Source of the DNA: Spirochaetota bacterium
GTDB taxonomy: Bacteria; Spirochaetota; UBA12135; COTS27; CBDBHE01
Length of the DNA stretch: 64,000 bases
Direction of reading: 5' to 3'
Assembly (NCBI GenBank): GCA_965205605.1
Contig: CBDBHE010000006.1
Coordinates: forward strand, 1 to 64,000
Made by a program: the position numbers and the translations under genes. Shown in pieces: positions 17,506 to 25,877 of this stretch. Each line of letters starts with the position of its first letter. Position 1 is the first letter of the stretch. Below the pieces are notes generated by a model. That model did not search any database, was not told where the DNA came from, and worked only from the letters and a program-made list of their open reading frames with translations.

Positions 17506-20043
17506 ATGAATTTTAATCGTAGAAATTTTTTAAAAACAACTACTATCAGTAGTGGTCTTTTATTATTACCATTTAGTTTAGAAAAAAAATTATGGGGACT
17601 GGAGTCTTCGGGGTCTTTACTTAAAGACAAACAAGCCTTTTTGGATAAGTTAAGACTTGGGTTTTCAAAAACTGGCCATCGAGGGTGGGAAGTAAAGAAG
17701 CTTATAAAAAAAGGCCTTAAATCTCTTAATAAAGAAGTCAGCAAAGAGGGGACATTAATAGGAAAACCAATCGAAGAAAAAAGTCTCCCAACGTATTGTA
17801 GGTATGCTTGGGCCCTTTCTAAATTATCAAAAGGAAAAAATGAGAGTGATGGAGAGATTTATGGGGTAGTAAAGAAAAAGATTTATAACATGGTTATAAA
17901 CATTCATAGGCTAGAAACAGCAAAGCCCAATAGTTATAAACGTTTTCATTTTTCGTGTTTTGCCATACCGAATACTTTTGTTAATGTGTATTTTTATAAT
18001 TTTAAAGATATGGTTGGAGTAGAGAAAGGGACCATAAAAGACCCCTTAATCGTAAAAGGACACGACGTAATTGTCGAACTAGCAAAGCAGGCTTGGACAC
18101 AACCGTATAGGAATGATGAAACTGATAAAAATCCATTCCAAATTGCTCGTTTTAAAGGGCATGTTTGGTGGGTAACGGCTAATGCTATCACTTATAGGCC
18201 TGTCTATCCAGTTGCAGTTGCTTTAAATTCTATTGTTGGTATTGATGTATTGGTGGAGGTCTGTAATAGAGCCATTGATTTTCTTTACCCAGGAAACAAA
18301 AAAGACCCATTTTGGGAGGAAGGGTTTACCTCTGATGGTCTTGGATGGGGACATGGCACTCAAAATTATACATTTGGTTACCCTGCACAAGGGGTTCAGG
18401 CACTACTTGACATGAAAAAAAATTTCCTCAATTCACCTTGGGATAAAGGAAGTCGTGAACAAACTAGAACTAATGTGAAAATATTTTACGTACTCAAAGC
18501 TTTTGTACGTGGATCTCAGTGGATGAGGTACAAGGGTTTCATACACCCAGTAACAGGACGTAATTGTAAACAATATGTTGAGCCAAAAGCTAGAGATGCT
18601 TCTAAAAGTAAATTTGTTGGTATACTTAAAAATATATTAAATCATTTTGTAGATTATCTCCCTTCGGTTATTAAAGATAAACAAAAATTTGGAGTGTATG
18701 AAAAAGAAATATTAGATTTAAAAAAAGAAATGAAAAGTAAAACAGGTGTTTTTATGGATGATTATAAAGGTGTTTATACAGGAACAAAATATTTTTGGTG
18801 CAATGACCTGATGATTCGTAAAAGTAGAAATTTTTACTGTACCATTAATATGGCTTCATCAAGAGTGAGTGGTATTGAGTTTGGGTCTGATGATAAAAAT
18901 CAAAATGATATGTATCATTATCATTCTGCAGCTGGTTCGACTTTTTTTTCTAAGGAAGGTTATGAAGCCTGCCATGCTCTTGGGGGCCATAATCTTACTG
19001 CTTTACCAGGGGTGACGGCTAAACGTGGGGAAAATAGTGACATTTTTAGTATCACTACTTGGAAGGGTTTTAATAGTTTCCACAACTTTTGTGGTGGCAC
19101 GGGGTTACGTGGGCGTAATGCATGTTGTGGTTTTATCCAAGAGTTTAATCCAGGGAATGAAAAAATTGAAAGCCTACCTGAGGTTGTAATGGGCGTGTAT
19201 GTGAAGAAAGGTTATTTTATTTTTGATGACATGATGCTTGCTTTAGGGACTGGCATTAAATTAACCTCATCTGGATCTAACAAATTCCCGATATGCACAA
19301 CGGTCGAAACTGCTTATTTTGAAAACCCAATAACCGTTACAGAAAATGGGAAATCAAAAACTTACGATACAACAAAAAAAAATAACGTTAATTTTGTTTT
19401 AAAGAAAAGTAAAACAGATGCCCTCAATTGGATCGAGCAAGAAAATAAATTTGCGTATGCTCCCCTCAGTAAACATAACAAGAGTGCTGTAGAGGTGGAA
19501 ATTGGTGATCGAAAAACGATTTGGAACAGACAAAGTTATCCAAATCAGAAGAAAAAAAACTTACCTAAAAATATGAACGTTCTTGATATTCGTATTAATC
19601 ACGGCAAGAGCCCATTTAAGGGCGGATATGCGTATTTAGTCTATATGGGTGATAAAAAAGCTTCTCAGTCATTTAAAACATCCCCTATACAAGTCATTTC
19701 TAATAGCAGTAAAGTACAAGCGGCTTTGTATTCTAATGGAAAAAATAGTCAAGTGGTACAGGCTGTTTTTTATAAAAGTTCTACTTTAGAAATCACAAAA
19801 GATTTTAAAATAAAAGCTACTATGCCATGTATTTTTACGTTTGAAGAGGAAAATGGTAGTGTGAAAGTGACTTTGTGTGATCCCCTATTCGATGTTTCTT
19901 TAAAGTCTATAAAAATTTCAATAACAAAGCCAATTGAAGGCAAAGCGGTTAAGAAGAAAAAAAAATGGTATGAAATCAACCTAAAGAGTGCTAGAAAGCC
20001 TTATGTAGGTCGACCAGTGAGTGCAAATTTCAAATTAGTTTAG
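17506..20043 (+). CDS. Tat-exported polysaccharide lyase family 8 (hyaluronate/chondroitin lyase-like)
   Basis: Tat motif NRRNFLK; DGLGWGHGTQNYTFGY (His-x8-Tyr), VTGR, LPGVT, INHGKSPFKGGYAYLVY and VISNSSKVQAA typical of PL8. Confidence 0.85.
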   Translation: MNFNRRNFLKTTTISSGLLLLPFSLEKKLWGLESSGSLLKDKQAFLDKLRLGFSKTGHRGWEVKKLIKKGLKSLNKEVSKEGTLIGKPIEEKSLPTYCRYAWALSKLSKGKNESDGEIYGVVKKKIYNMVINIHRLETAKPNSYKRFHFSCFAIPNTFVNVYFYNFKDMVGVEKGTIKDPLIVKGHDVIVELAKQAWTQPYRNDETDKNPFQIARFKGHVWWVTANAITYRPVYPVAVALNSIVGIDVLVEVCNRAIDFLYPGNKKDPFWEEGFTSDGLGWGHGTQNYTFGYPAQGVQALLDMKKNFLNSPWDKGSREQTRTNVKIFYVLKAFVRGSQWMRYKGFIHPVTGRNCKQYVEPKARDASKSKFVGILKNILNHFVDYLPSVIKDKQKFGVYEKEILDLKKEMKSKTGVFMDDYKGVYTGTKYFWCNDLMIRKSRNFYCTINMASSRVSGIEFGSDDKNQNDMYHYHSAAGSTFFSKEGYEACHALGGHNLTALPGVTAKRGENSDIFSITTWKGFNSFHNFCGGTGLRGRNACCGFIQEFNPGNEKIESLPEVVMGVYVKKGYFIFDDMMLALGTGIKLTSSGSNKFPICTTVETAYFENPITVTENGKSKTYDTTKKNNVNFVLKKSKTDALNWIEQENKFAYAPLSKHNKSAVEVEIGDRKTIWNRQSYPNQKKKNLPKNMNVLDIRINHGKSPFKGGYAYLVYMGDKKASQSFKTSPIQVISNSSKVQAALYSNGKNSQVVQAVFYKSSTLEITKDFKIKATMPCIFTFEEENGSVKVTLCDPLFDVSLKSIKISITKPIEGKAVKKKKKWYEINLKSARKPYVGRPVSANFKLV

Positions 20044-20227
20044 AAAAAGAAAAAGAAGAACGTTTCCTGGTGGTTTTTTTCTATTGTTGATGAAGGACTT
20101 GCTAAAAGTATAATTTAGAAAATCCTAACTAGACTATATAGACACTTATCATAGACACTTAATTTGTCAGAGGAAACTTGTTTTTTTTTAAAAATAAAAT
20201 AATTAAATTTTTTGGAAAATAGATAAA

Positions 20228-20682
20228 AAATTGAAGTGGGAAGTACTCAAGTCAACCCAAGGAGCTTATTATGCGTTATAATAGTAGGTTTATAAAAAGT
20301 TTTGTGTAAAAAGCATAATAGATGTGTAGGATTACAAATTGGCAGTTTAGACATTATTAATTTTCATTCTTATGGTAGCAAAATAAAAATACAAGGAAAT
20401 ATTGAAAGGATCTCTAAAATAAATAAAAATAAGCGTCCTTTAATTTGCACTGAATCTATGTCACTTACGTGGTCTATTTTTCAAAAAATTACTTCTGTAT
20501 CTTTAAACAAAATAAAATTGATGCTATCAATTGAGAGCTTGTAAGTGGAAAAAATCAGACGATCTATTCTTGGTCTTCTGAGAACAAAATCGAATTCATT
20601 AAATTTTTAGAAAAAATGAGGCCCTTTCAAACAAGAAGAAATTGATTTTATTAAAAAAATAACCAAAAAGAAAAAATTTTGA
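20228..20682 (+). pseudogene. Remnant of a GH5-like glycoside hydrolase (C-terminal part)
   Basis: Fragments across frames: KW..QVNP, DIINFHSYG, KRPLICTESM, KIDAIN*ELVSGKNQTIYSW, QEEIDFIKKIT; collinear with a recalled GH5-like pattern DIITFHNY..GRPLICTEYM..AINWGLV.GKTQTIYPW. Confidence 0.65.
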
Positions 20683-20742
20683 CTATTTTAATCTTTCTTA
20701 TTTAAAAGAAAAGAGTATACTACTTTGAGGGATTTATAAACC

Positions 20743-21093
20743 ATGCCTATAAGTGAAAATCAATCTTTAGAGATTATAAAATTAACTCAAAATGCTATCG
20801 CTGAAGTTAAAAGAAGGTTGCAAGAAAGCAAAAGAGAAGGATTTGGGCTTCGTCTTGGTGTAAAGGGAGGGGGTTGTTCGGGTTTATCTTATGTGATCGA
20901 TCTGGGGGGAAAAAAAGAAAATGATCGGGTGATTACAGATTATGGTTTTAATATTTACATTGATCCTAAAAGTTCTCTTTATTTAAAAGATACAGAGCTT
21001 GATTATCAAGGAGGTTTTATGGATAGTGGGTTTAAATTTCAAAATCCAAATGCTTCTAATACTTGTGGTTGTGGGGAATCATTTTCTGTTTAG
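20743..21093 (+). CDS. A-type Fe-S cluster carrier (IscA/ErpA/SufA; HesB family)
   Basis: LRLGVKGGGCSGLSY, FQNPNASNTCGCGESF. Confidence 0.95.
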   Translation: MPISENQSLEIIKLTQNAIAEVKRRLQESKREGFGLRLGVKGGGCSGLSYVIDLGGKKENDRVITDYGFNIYIDPKSSLYLKDTELDYQGGFMDSGFKFQNPNASNTCGCGESFSV

Positions 21094-21158
21094 ATTTAAT
21101 TAATCTATTATTTGTTTTTTCAAATTATTGTTTCATTTATTATCCTTAATTTTCATTT

Positions 21159-22847
21159 ATGAAAATAACTTCATTGTCTATTTTAGAGCAAATTAACCAA
21201 GTCAGACAAGATAAAGGCTTTTTTGACTTAAGTGAAAGCCATGGGGTATTAATCCTCAAAGGAAAAGACTGCCGTTCTTTTCTTAACGCCCTTTCAAGCA
21301 ACAATATTGTCTCCCTTAAACAAGGTCAGGGACAATACAATGCTTTTTTAACTAAGACTTCCCAAGTACTTTTTTTGTTTCATGTTTACTTTTTAAAGAT
21401 AGAAAAACAAGAAGAAACGTTGTTTCTTTTTTCTGATAAAGAGCAAATTGAAGCTATCACCTCTTATTTAAAAGAAAATCTTTTTTTAGAAGATGTTTCA
21501 TTTATAAATTTTTTTTTTATTATTCAAGCGATAGAAGGGCCCAACTCAAAAAAATGGATTGAGAATCACTTTAAGATTTCGATTGCTTCAACGAGTAGTT
21601 TTTTGATCAAAAAATTTAATTTTCTAAAAGAAGAGATGTATTTATTGTCGTATTCAATGAGGCAAAAAGAAGGATGGGTTGTTTTAAGAAAGTCTTTTGA
21701 GAAAAAAGAATTGGAAGGCTTTTTTTTTGACTCTGCTTGTTTGGAATGTCTTCGGATTGAATCGGGGGTAATTTCTTTTAAAAAAGACATTGATCAAAAA
21801 ACACTTGCTCTTGAACTTCCTCAAAGCGAGGCTTTTATTGCCGATCAGAAGGGATGTTACCCAGGTCAAGAAACAATTGCGCGCGTAAAGAGTCGAGGAG
21901 GAGTCATGGCAAGAAAGCTAATGGGGCTTTTACTCCCAAAACAAGCTTTTTTTAAAGAGCAAGAAGCTTTAATGGTTCTTGGTAAAAAAATAGGTTTTAT
22001 TTCAAGTTTTTCGTATTCGTCTTTATTTGAAAAAAATGTGGCTTTTGCTTATCTTTCTCGTGATTATTTAAATCAAAAAATACTACGACTTGCTAAGGAA
22101 AAAGAAACTATTTTGGTTGAAATTGTGGAACTACCTTTTGTTGATCAAGGTAATGAAGCACAGTTGCTTTGGAAAGATTTTTTTGAGTTAGGACTGAGGT
22201 GTTATTATAAAAGTGAGTATACTTTAGCAAAAAAATGGTATGAAAAAGCGATTGAAGTTAGCCCCAAATCTATTGAAGTTGTTGAAGCACTTGCGGTTTT
22301 GGAGGAAAAATTAGGTGATTTTAAACAAGCGATTGCTCTTAATAAAAAGTTTGCTCAAATAGATCCAATGGCTGTTATGGCACATACCAATTTATCGCGT
22401 CTTTATATGAAAATAGGGCTCATTGATGAAGCAGAAAAAGAAAAAGGAAAAGCGACCCTTTTAGGATTTAAAGCATCAGCCAATCAAGTTAGGCAAAAAA
22501 AAGATGAAGCTTTTTTCAAAAAACAACAACAAGAAAATGAAGAAAAAAAAATTAATATGTTTCAACAAGTCCTCTCTTTAGATGGGAATGATGAGATTGC
22601 TCATTTTGGTCTTGGCAAGATTTTTTATGATCAAAAAAAATTTAAACAAGCCATTTTTCATTTAGAAAAAGTTATTACGATTAAACCTATGTATTCGATT
22701 GCTTACCTCTTTTTAGGTAAAGCTTACTTGCCTTTGGGAGATAAGCAAAAAGCTAGGGATGCTTTTGAAAAAGGAATTAAAGTTGCAGAAACTAATAGAG
22801 ACTTAATGCCGCTAAATGCAATGAATCAAGAAATAAACTTATTTTAA
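21159..22847 (+). CDS. YgfZ/Iba57 folate-binding Fe-S maturation protein fused to C-terminal TPR repeats
   Basis: GcvT-like N-terminus (LKGKDCRSFLNALSSN), signature KGCYPGQETIAR, then about 230 aa of TPR repeats. Confidence 0.88.
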   Translation: MKITSLSILEQINQVRQDKGFFDLSESHGVLILKGKDCRSFLNALSSNNIVSLKQGQGQYNAFLTKTSQVLFLFHVYFLKIEKQEETLFLFSDKEQIEAITSYLKENLFLEDVSFINFFFIIQAIEGPNSKKWIENHFKISIASTSSFLIKKFNFLKEEMYLLSYSMRQKEGWVVLRKSFEKKELEGFFFDSACLECLRIESGVISFKKDIDQKTLALELPQSEAFIADQKGCYPGQETIARVKSRGGVMARKLMGLLLPKQAFFKEQEALMVLGKKIGFISSFSYSSLFEKNVAFAYLSRDYLNQKILRLAKEKETILVEIVELPFVDQGNEAQLLWKDFFELGLRCYYKSEYTLAKKWYEKAIEVSPKSIEVVEALAVLEEKLGDFKQAIALNKKFAQIDPMAVMAHTNLSRLYMKIGLIDEAEKEKGKATLLGFKASANQVRQKKDEAFFKKQQQENEEKKINMFQQVLSLDGNDEIAHFGLGKIFYDQKKFKQAIFHLEKVITIKPMYSIAYLFLGKAYLPLGDKQKARDAFEKGIKVAETNRDLMPLNAMNQEINLF

Positions 22848-23212
22848 TCTTTTTTATACCAGACTTTAAAATCATTAACTTCTTTTAAAGTTTGATTCCA
22901 ATCACCTTTAAATGATAAAGCTCTATCATCAATAAAGATATCGGCCATTGGTTTGCCAAAGCCCCATATTTTATCATAAGGGATTTGATTTTTTTCTAAC
23001 CATTCTTTCATTTGTTTTTGTTGATCGATACCTCCTTTTTTATGAAATATTTTATTAGAACGGGTACTAAAAATATAAATTTTATGACCTAATTCTTTAA
23101 GTTTTGTTAAGGATTCTTTAGTTCCTTGTACGGTTTCATCGTAAATTTCACCTCCATTCCATCCTTTAGAATAGCGATGAATCACTCCATCAAAGTCAAC
23201 AGCAATCACCAT
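22844..23212 (-). CDS. Small capless HAD-superfamily hydrolase-like protein
   Basis: IAVDFDGVI (motif I), IFSTR (motif II), KPMADIFIDDRA (motifs III/IV). Confidence 0.75.
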   Translation of the reverse strand: MVIAVDFDGVIHRYSKGWNGGEIYDETVQGTKESLTKLKELGHKIYIFSTRSNKIFHKKGGIDQQKQMKEWLEKNQIPYDKIWGFGKPMADIFIDDRALSFKGDWNQTLKEVNDFKVWYKKD

Positions 23213-23345
23213 TTTATAATTTCCTTTTAAGTAAAAAATAAAGTTATAGAAATAGATTTATTAATATAATATTTTATATTATAATGCTTTTATATAGTAA
23301 TAAAGGGTTGCTTTATTAGATAAAAATTATTTTTAGTCAAAATTA

Positions 23346-24590
23346 ATGAAAAATCTTGTGAATTTAGAGATAAAAGATAGAGCTGTTTTTGAAACGATTC
23401 AAAAAGAAGAACAGCGTCAAGAGGAGACGATTGAGCTGATAGCTTCTGAAAACGCGACTTCAAAGTCAGTGATGAAAGCACAAGGTTCAGTTTTTACCAA
23501 TAAATACGCAGAAGGATATCCTACTAAGCGCTATTATGGCGGATGTGTGTATGCTGATGAAATCGAAGAGATCGCTATTGAAAGAGCAAAACAGCTTTTT
23601 GGAGCCGAAGCCGCGAATGTACAGCCGCATTCAGGTAGTCAAGCCAATATGGCTGTTTATTTAGCTGAGTTAAAACCAGGTGATAAAGTCATGGGGATGA
23701 GTCTTAATGAAGGAGGGCATTTAACTCATGGGGCGAGTGTTAATTTTAGTGGCAAGCTGTTTGAATCTGTTTTTTATGGTGTTGATGCTCATACAGGGTA
23801 TATTGATTATGGCAAAGTTTTTGATTTAGCAAAAAAAGAAACCCCTAAACTGATTATAGCAGGAGCAAGTGCTTATTCTCGTATCATTGATTTTAAAAAA
23901 TTTAGAGAAATAGCAGATGCGGTTAATGCTACATTGGTAGTGGATATGGCTCATATTAGTGGATTAGTTGCAGCTGGAGTGCATCCTTCGCCGGTTTTGT
24001 ATGCTGATTATGTGACGACGACGACTCATAAAACTTTAAGAGGCCCTAGAGGGGGAATGATTTTGTGTTCAAAAGATAAAATTAAAAAAATCAATTCTTT
24101 GATTTTCCCTGGAATACAAGGGGGGCCTTTAATGCACGTCATTGCCGCCAAAGCAATTTGTTTAAAGGAAGCGATGGAAGATTCTTTTAAAGAATATCAA
24201 ACAAAAGTCATTGAAAATGCAAGAATTCTTTCGGAAGCTCTTTTACAAAAAGGATTTGATATTATTAGTGGTGGCACAGACAATCATTTGATTTTACTTA
24301 GTTTAGTTAATAAAAACATTACAGGCAAAGCCCTTGAAAATGCTTTGGATAAAGCAAATATTACCCTTAATAAAAATGCCATTCCTAATGATCCTCAATC
24401 TCCTTTTGTTACAAGTGGAGTTAGAATTGGCACCCCAACCGTCACAACAAGAGAAATGGGAAAAAATGAAATGTATTTTATTGCTGATTGTATTAATAAT
24501 ATTGTCGATAATATGGAAGATGAAATGGTTATTAATTTAGTGAAAGAAAAAGTAATAAGCCTTACAAAGGAATATCCTCTTTATAGATAG
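23346..24590 (+). CDS. glyA: Serine hydroxymethyltransferase
   Basis: [46 protein letters not shown]. Confidence 0.98.
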   Translation: MKNLVNLEIKDRAVFETIQKEEQRQEETIELIASENATSKSVMKAQGSVFTNKYAEGYPTKRYYGGCVYADEIEEIAIERAKQLFGAEAANVQPHSGSQANMAVYLAELKPGDKVMGMSLNEGGHLTHGASVNFSGKLFESVFYGVDAHTGYIDYGKVFDLAKKETPKLIIAGASAYSRIIDFKKFREIADAVNATLVVDMAHISGLVAAGVHPSPVLYADYVTTTTHKTLRGPRGGMILCSKDKIKKINSLIFPGIQGGPLMHVIAAKAICLKEAMEDSFKEYQTKVIENARILSEALLQKGFDIISGGTDNHLILLSLVNKNITGKALENALDKANITLNKNAIPNDPQSPFVTSGVRIGTPTVTTREMGKNEMYFIADCINNIVDNMEDEMVINLVKEKVISLTKEYPLYR

Positions 24591-24599
24591 TAATTTAAG

Positions 24600-25826
24600 A
24601 TGTCTAATGTCCAACTAGCTTTTACCAAATTTAGGCCAAACTCTTTTATTACAATAGAAGATAAAGTCGAATCAGAATATTTTTTCATTATTCAAAATGG
24701 AAAAGTGATTGTTTCTAAAAAAGGCTTTAATACGAGGTCTTCTAGCCAAGCAAGGATTTTAACTAAAGGAGACTTTTTTGGAGTGGTGGGGGCGATGACA
24801 GGGCACCCTAGAATGGAAACAAGTAAGGCAATTGATAATGTTTCTTTGATTTTAGTTAAAAAAAATCAATTTGGTTTTTTAATTGAAAAAAATACTCCTT
24901 TGGCAATGAAAATCATTCGCTCTTTTTCAAAAGAACTTAGAATGTACGACACGGTTTTGGCTGAAAAAACGACAAAAGAAGATCATAAAGAAACGCCTGA
25001 TGTGATGTTTTTTAGTGCAGAGTATTATTATAAAAAGAAAAAATATAAAGCGGCTATTTATCAATATTCTCAATATGTTAAATATTTTCCTAATAGGGCA
25101 CATGTGAATAAATCTAGAGAACGACTCCTTGAAATCGGTGGGGAAGGTTATAAATCTAAAGAAGGTTTTGAGCGTATTTATCAAGATGGTGAAGTCCTCT
25201 TTAGTGAAGGAGAGCCAGGAAACGAACTTTTTATCATTCAAAAAGGTAGTGTTAAAATTACAAAAATTATAGGAGATCAAGAAATCTTAATTGCGGTTTT
25301 AAATTCAGGAGATATTTTAGGAGAGATGGCTTTGCTTGATGATAAAGCACGTGTTGCAACAGCTATTTCTTTTAGTCTATCAAGAGTCACCGTTGTTAAT
25401 AAAGATAATTTTAATAAAGTTGTCATTCAAAATCCTACTTTAGCAACCAATCTTATTGTTTCTTTAAGTGAAAGAGTTTGGACGGTGTATAAGCAGATTG
25501 CCAATTTGATTTATATAGACCCTCTGGCTAGATTTTATGACACCCTTTTAACCCAGCTAATGAAACATCACATACCCATTAAACCTCAAACTTCTTACAC
25601 TTTTCCTTTCGGTATCGAAGACTTGGTTAAAATGGTGGGTTTTTCTAGAGAAGAAGCAGAAAAGCCTTTACAAAGTTTACTTAAAAATAAAAATATTTCT
25701 ATAAAAGAAAATCAAATTAAATGTGAAGATTCCTTTGAAGTTCAAAGAGAAGTTGATTTTGCTTTTAGAAACCAGATTAGACTTAATAAATTAGATGCTA
25801 ATAAAAAGCATCAAAATATTATTTAG
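24600..25826 (+). CDS. Crp/Fnr-family protein with two cyclic-nucleotide-binding domains and an internal TPR-like segment
   Basis: FFIIQNGKV...GDFFGVV...PRMET and LFIIQKGSV...GDILGEMALL...ARVATA; YKAAIYQYSQYVKYFP between them. Confidence 0.8.
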   Translation: MSNVQLAFTKFRPNSFITIEDKVESEYFFIIQNGKVIVSKKGFNTRSSSQARILTKGDFFGVVGAMTGHPRMETSKAIDNVSLILVKKNQFGFLIEKNTPLAMKIIRSFSKELRMYDTVLAEKTTKEDHKETPDVMFFSAEYYYKKKKYKAAIYQYSQYVKYFPNRAHVNKSRERLLEIGGEGYKSKEGFERIYQDGEVLFSEGEPGNELFIIQKGSVKITKIIGDQEILIAVLNSGDILGEMALLDDKARVATAISFSLSRVTVVNKDNFNKVVIQNPTLATNLIVSLSERVWTVYKQIANLIYIDPLARFYDTLLTQLMKHHIPIKPQTSYTFPFGIEDLVKMVGFSREEAEKPLQSLLKNKNISIKENQIKCEDSFEVQREVDFAFRNQIRLNKLDANKKHQNII

Positions 25827-25877
25827 CATTTCTCTTAACTTTTTTAGAAGTTTCATTTAGTTTTCTTACTAAGCTTA

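Noticed and set aside
10857-20534. TGA recoding (alternative genetic code) suggested by in-motif TGAs in the two remnants
   Set aside because: Intact genes use TGG for Trp and TGA as stop (for example xerC and the M16 peptidase); the remnants also carry frameshifts
20302-20544. 80-aa ORF as an intact small protein
   Set aside because: Fragment of the GH5-like remnant; motifs continue in other frames
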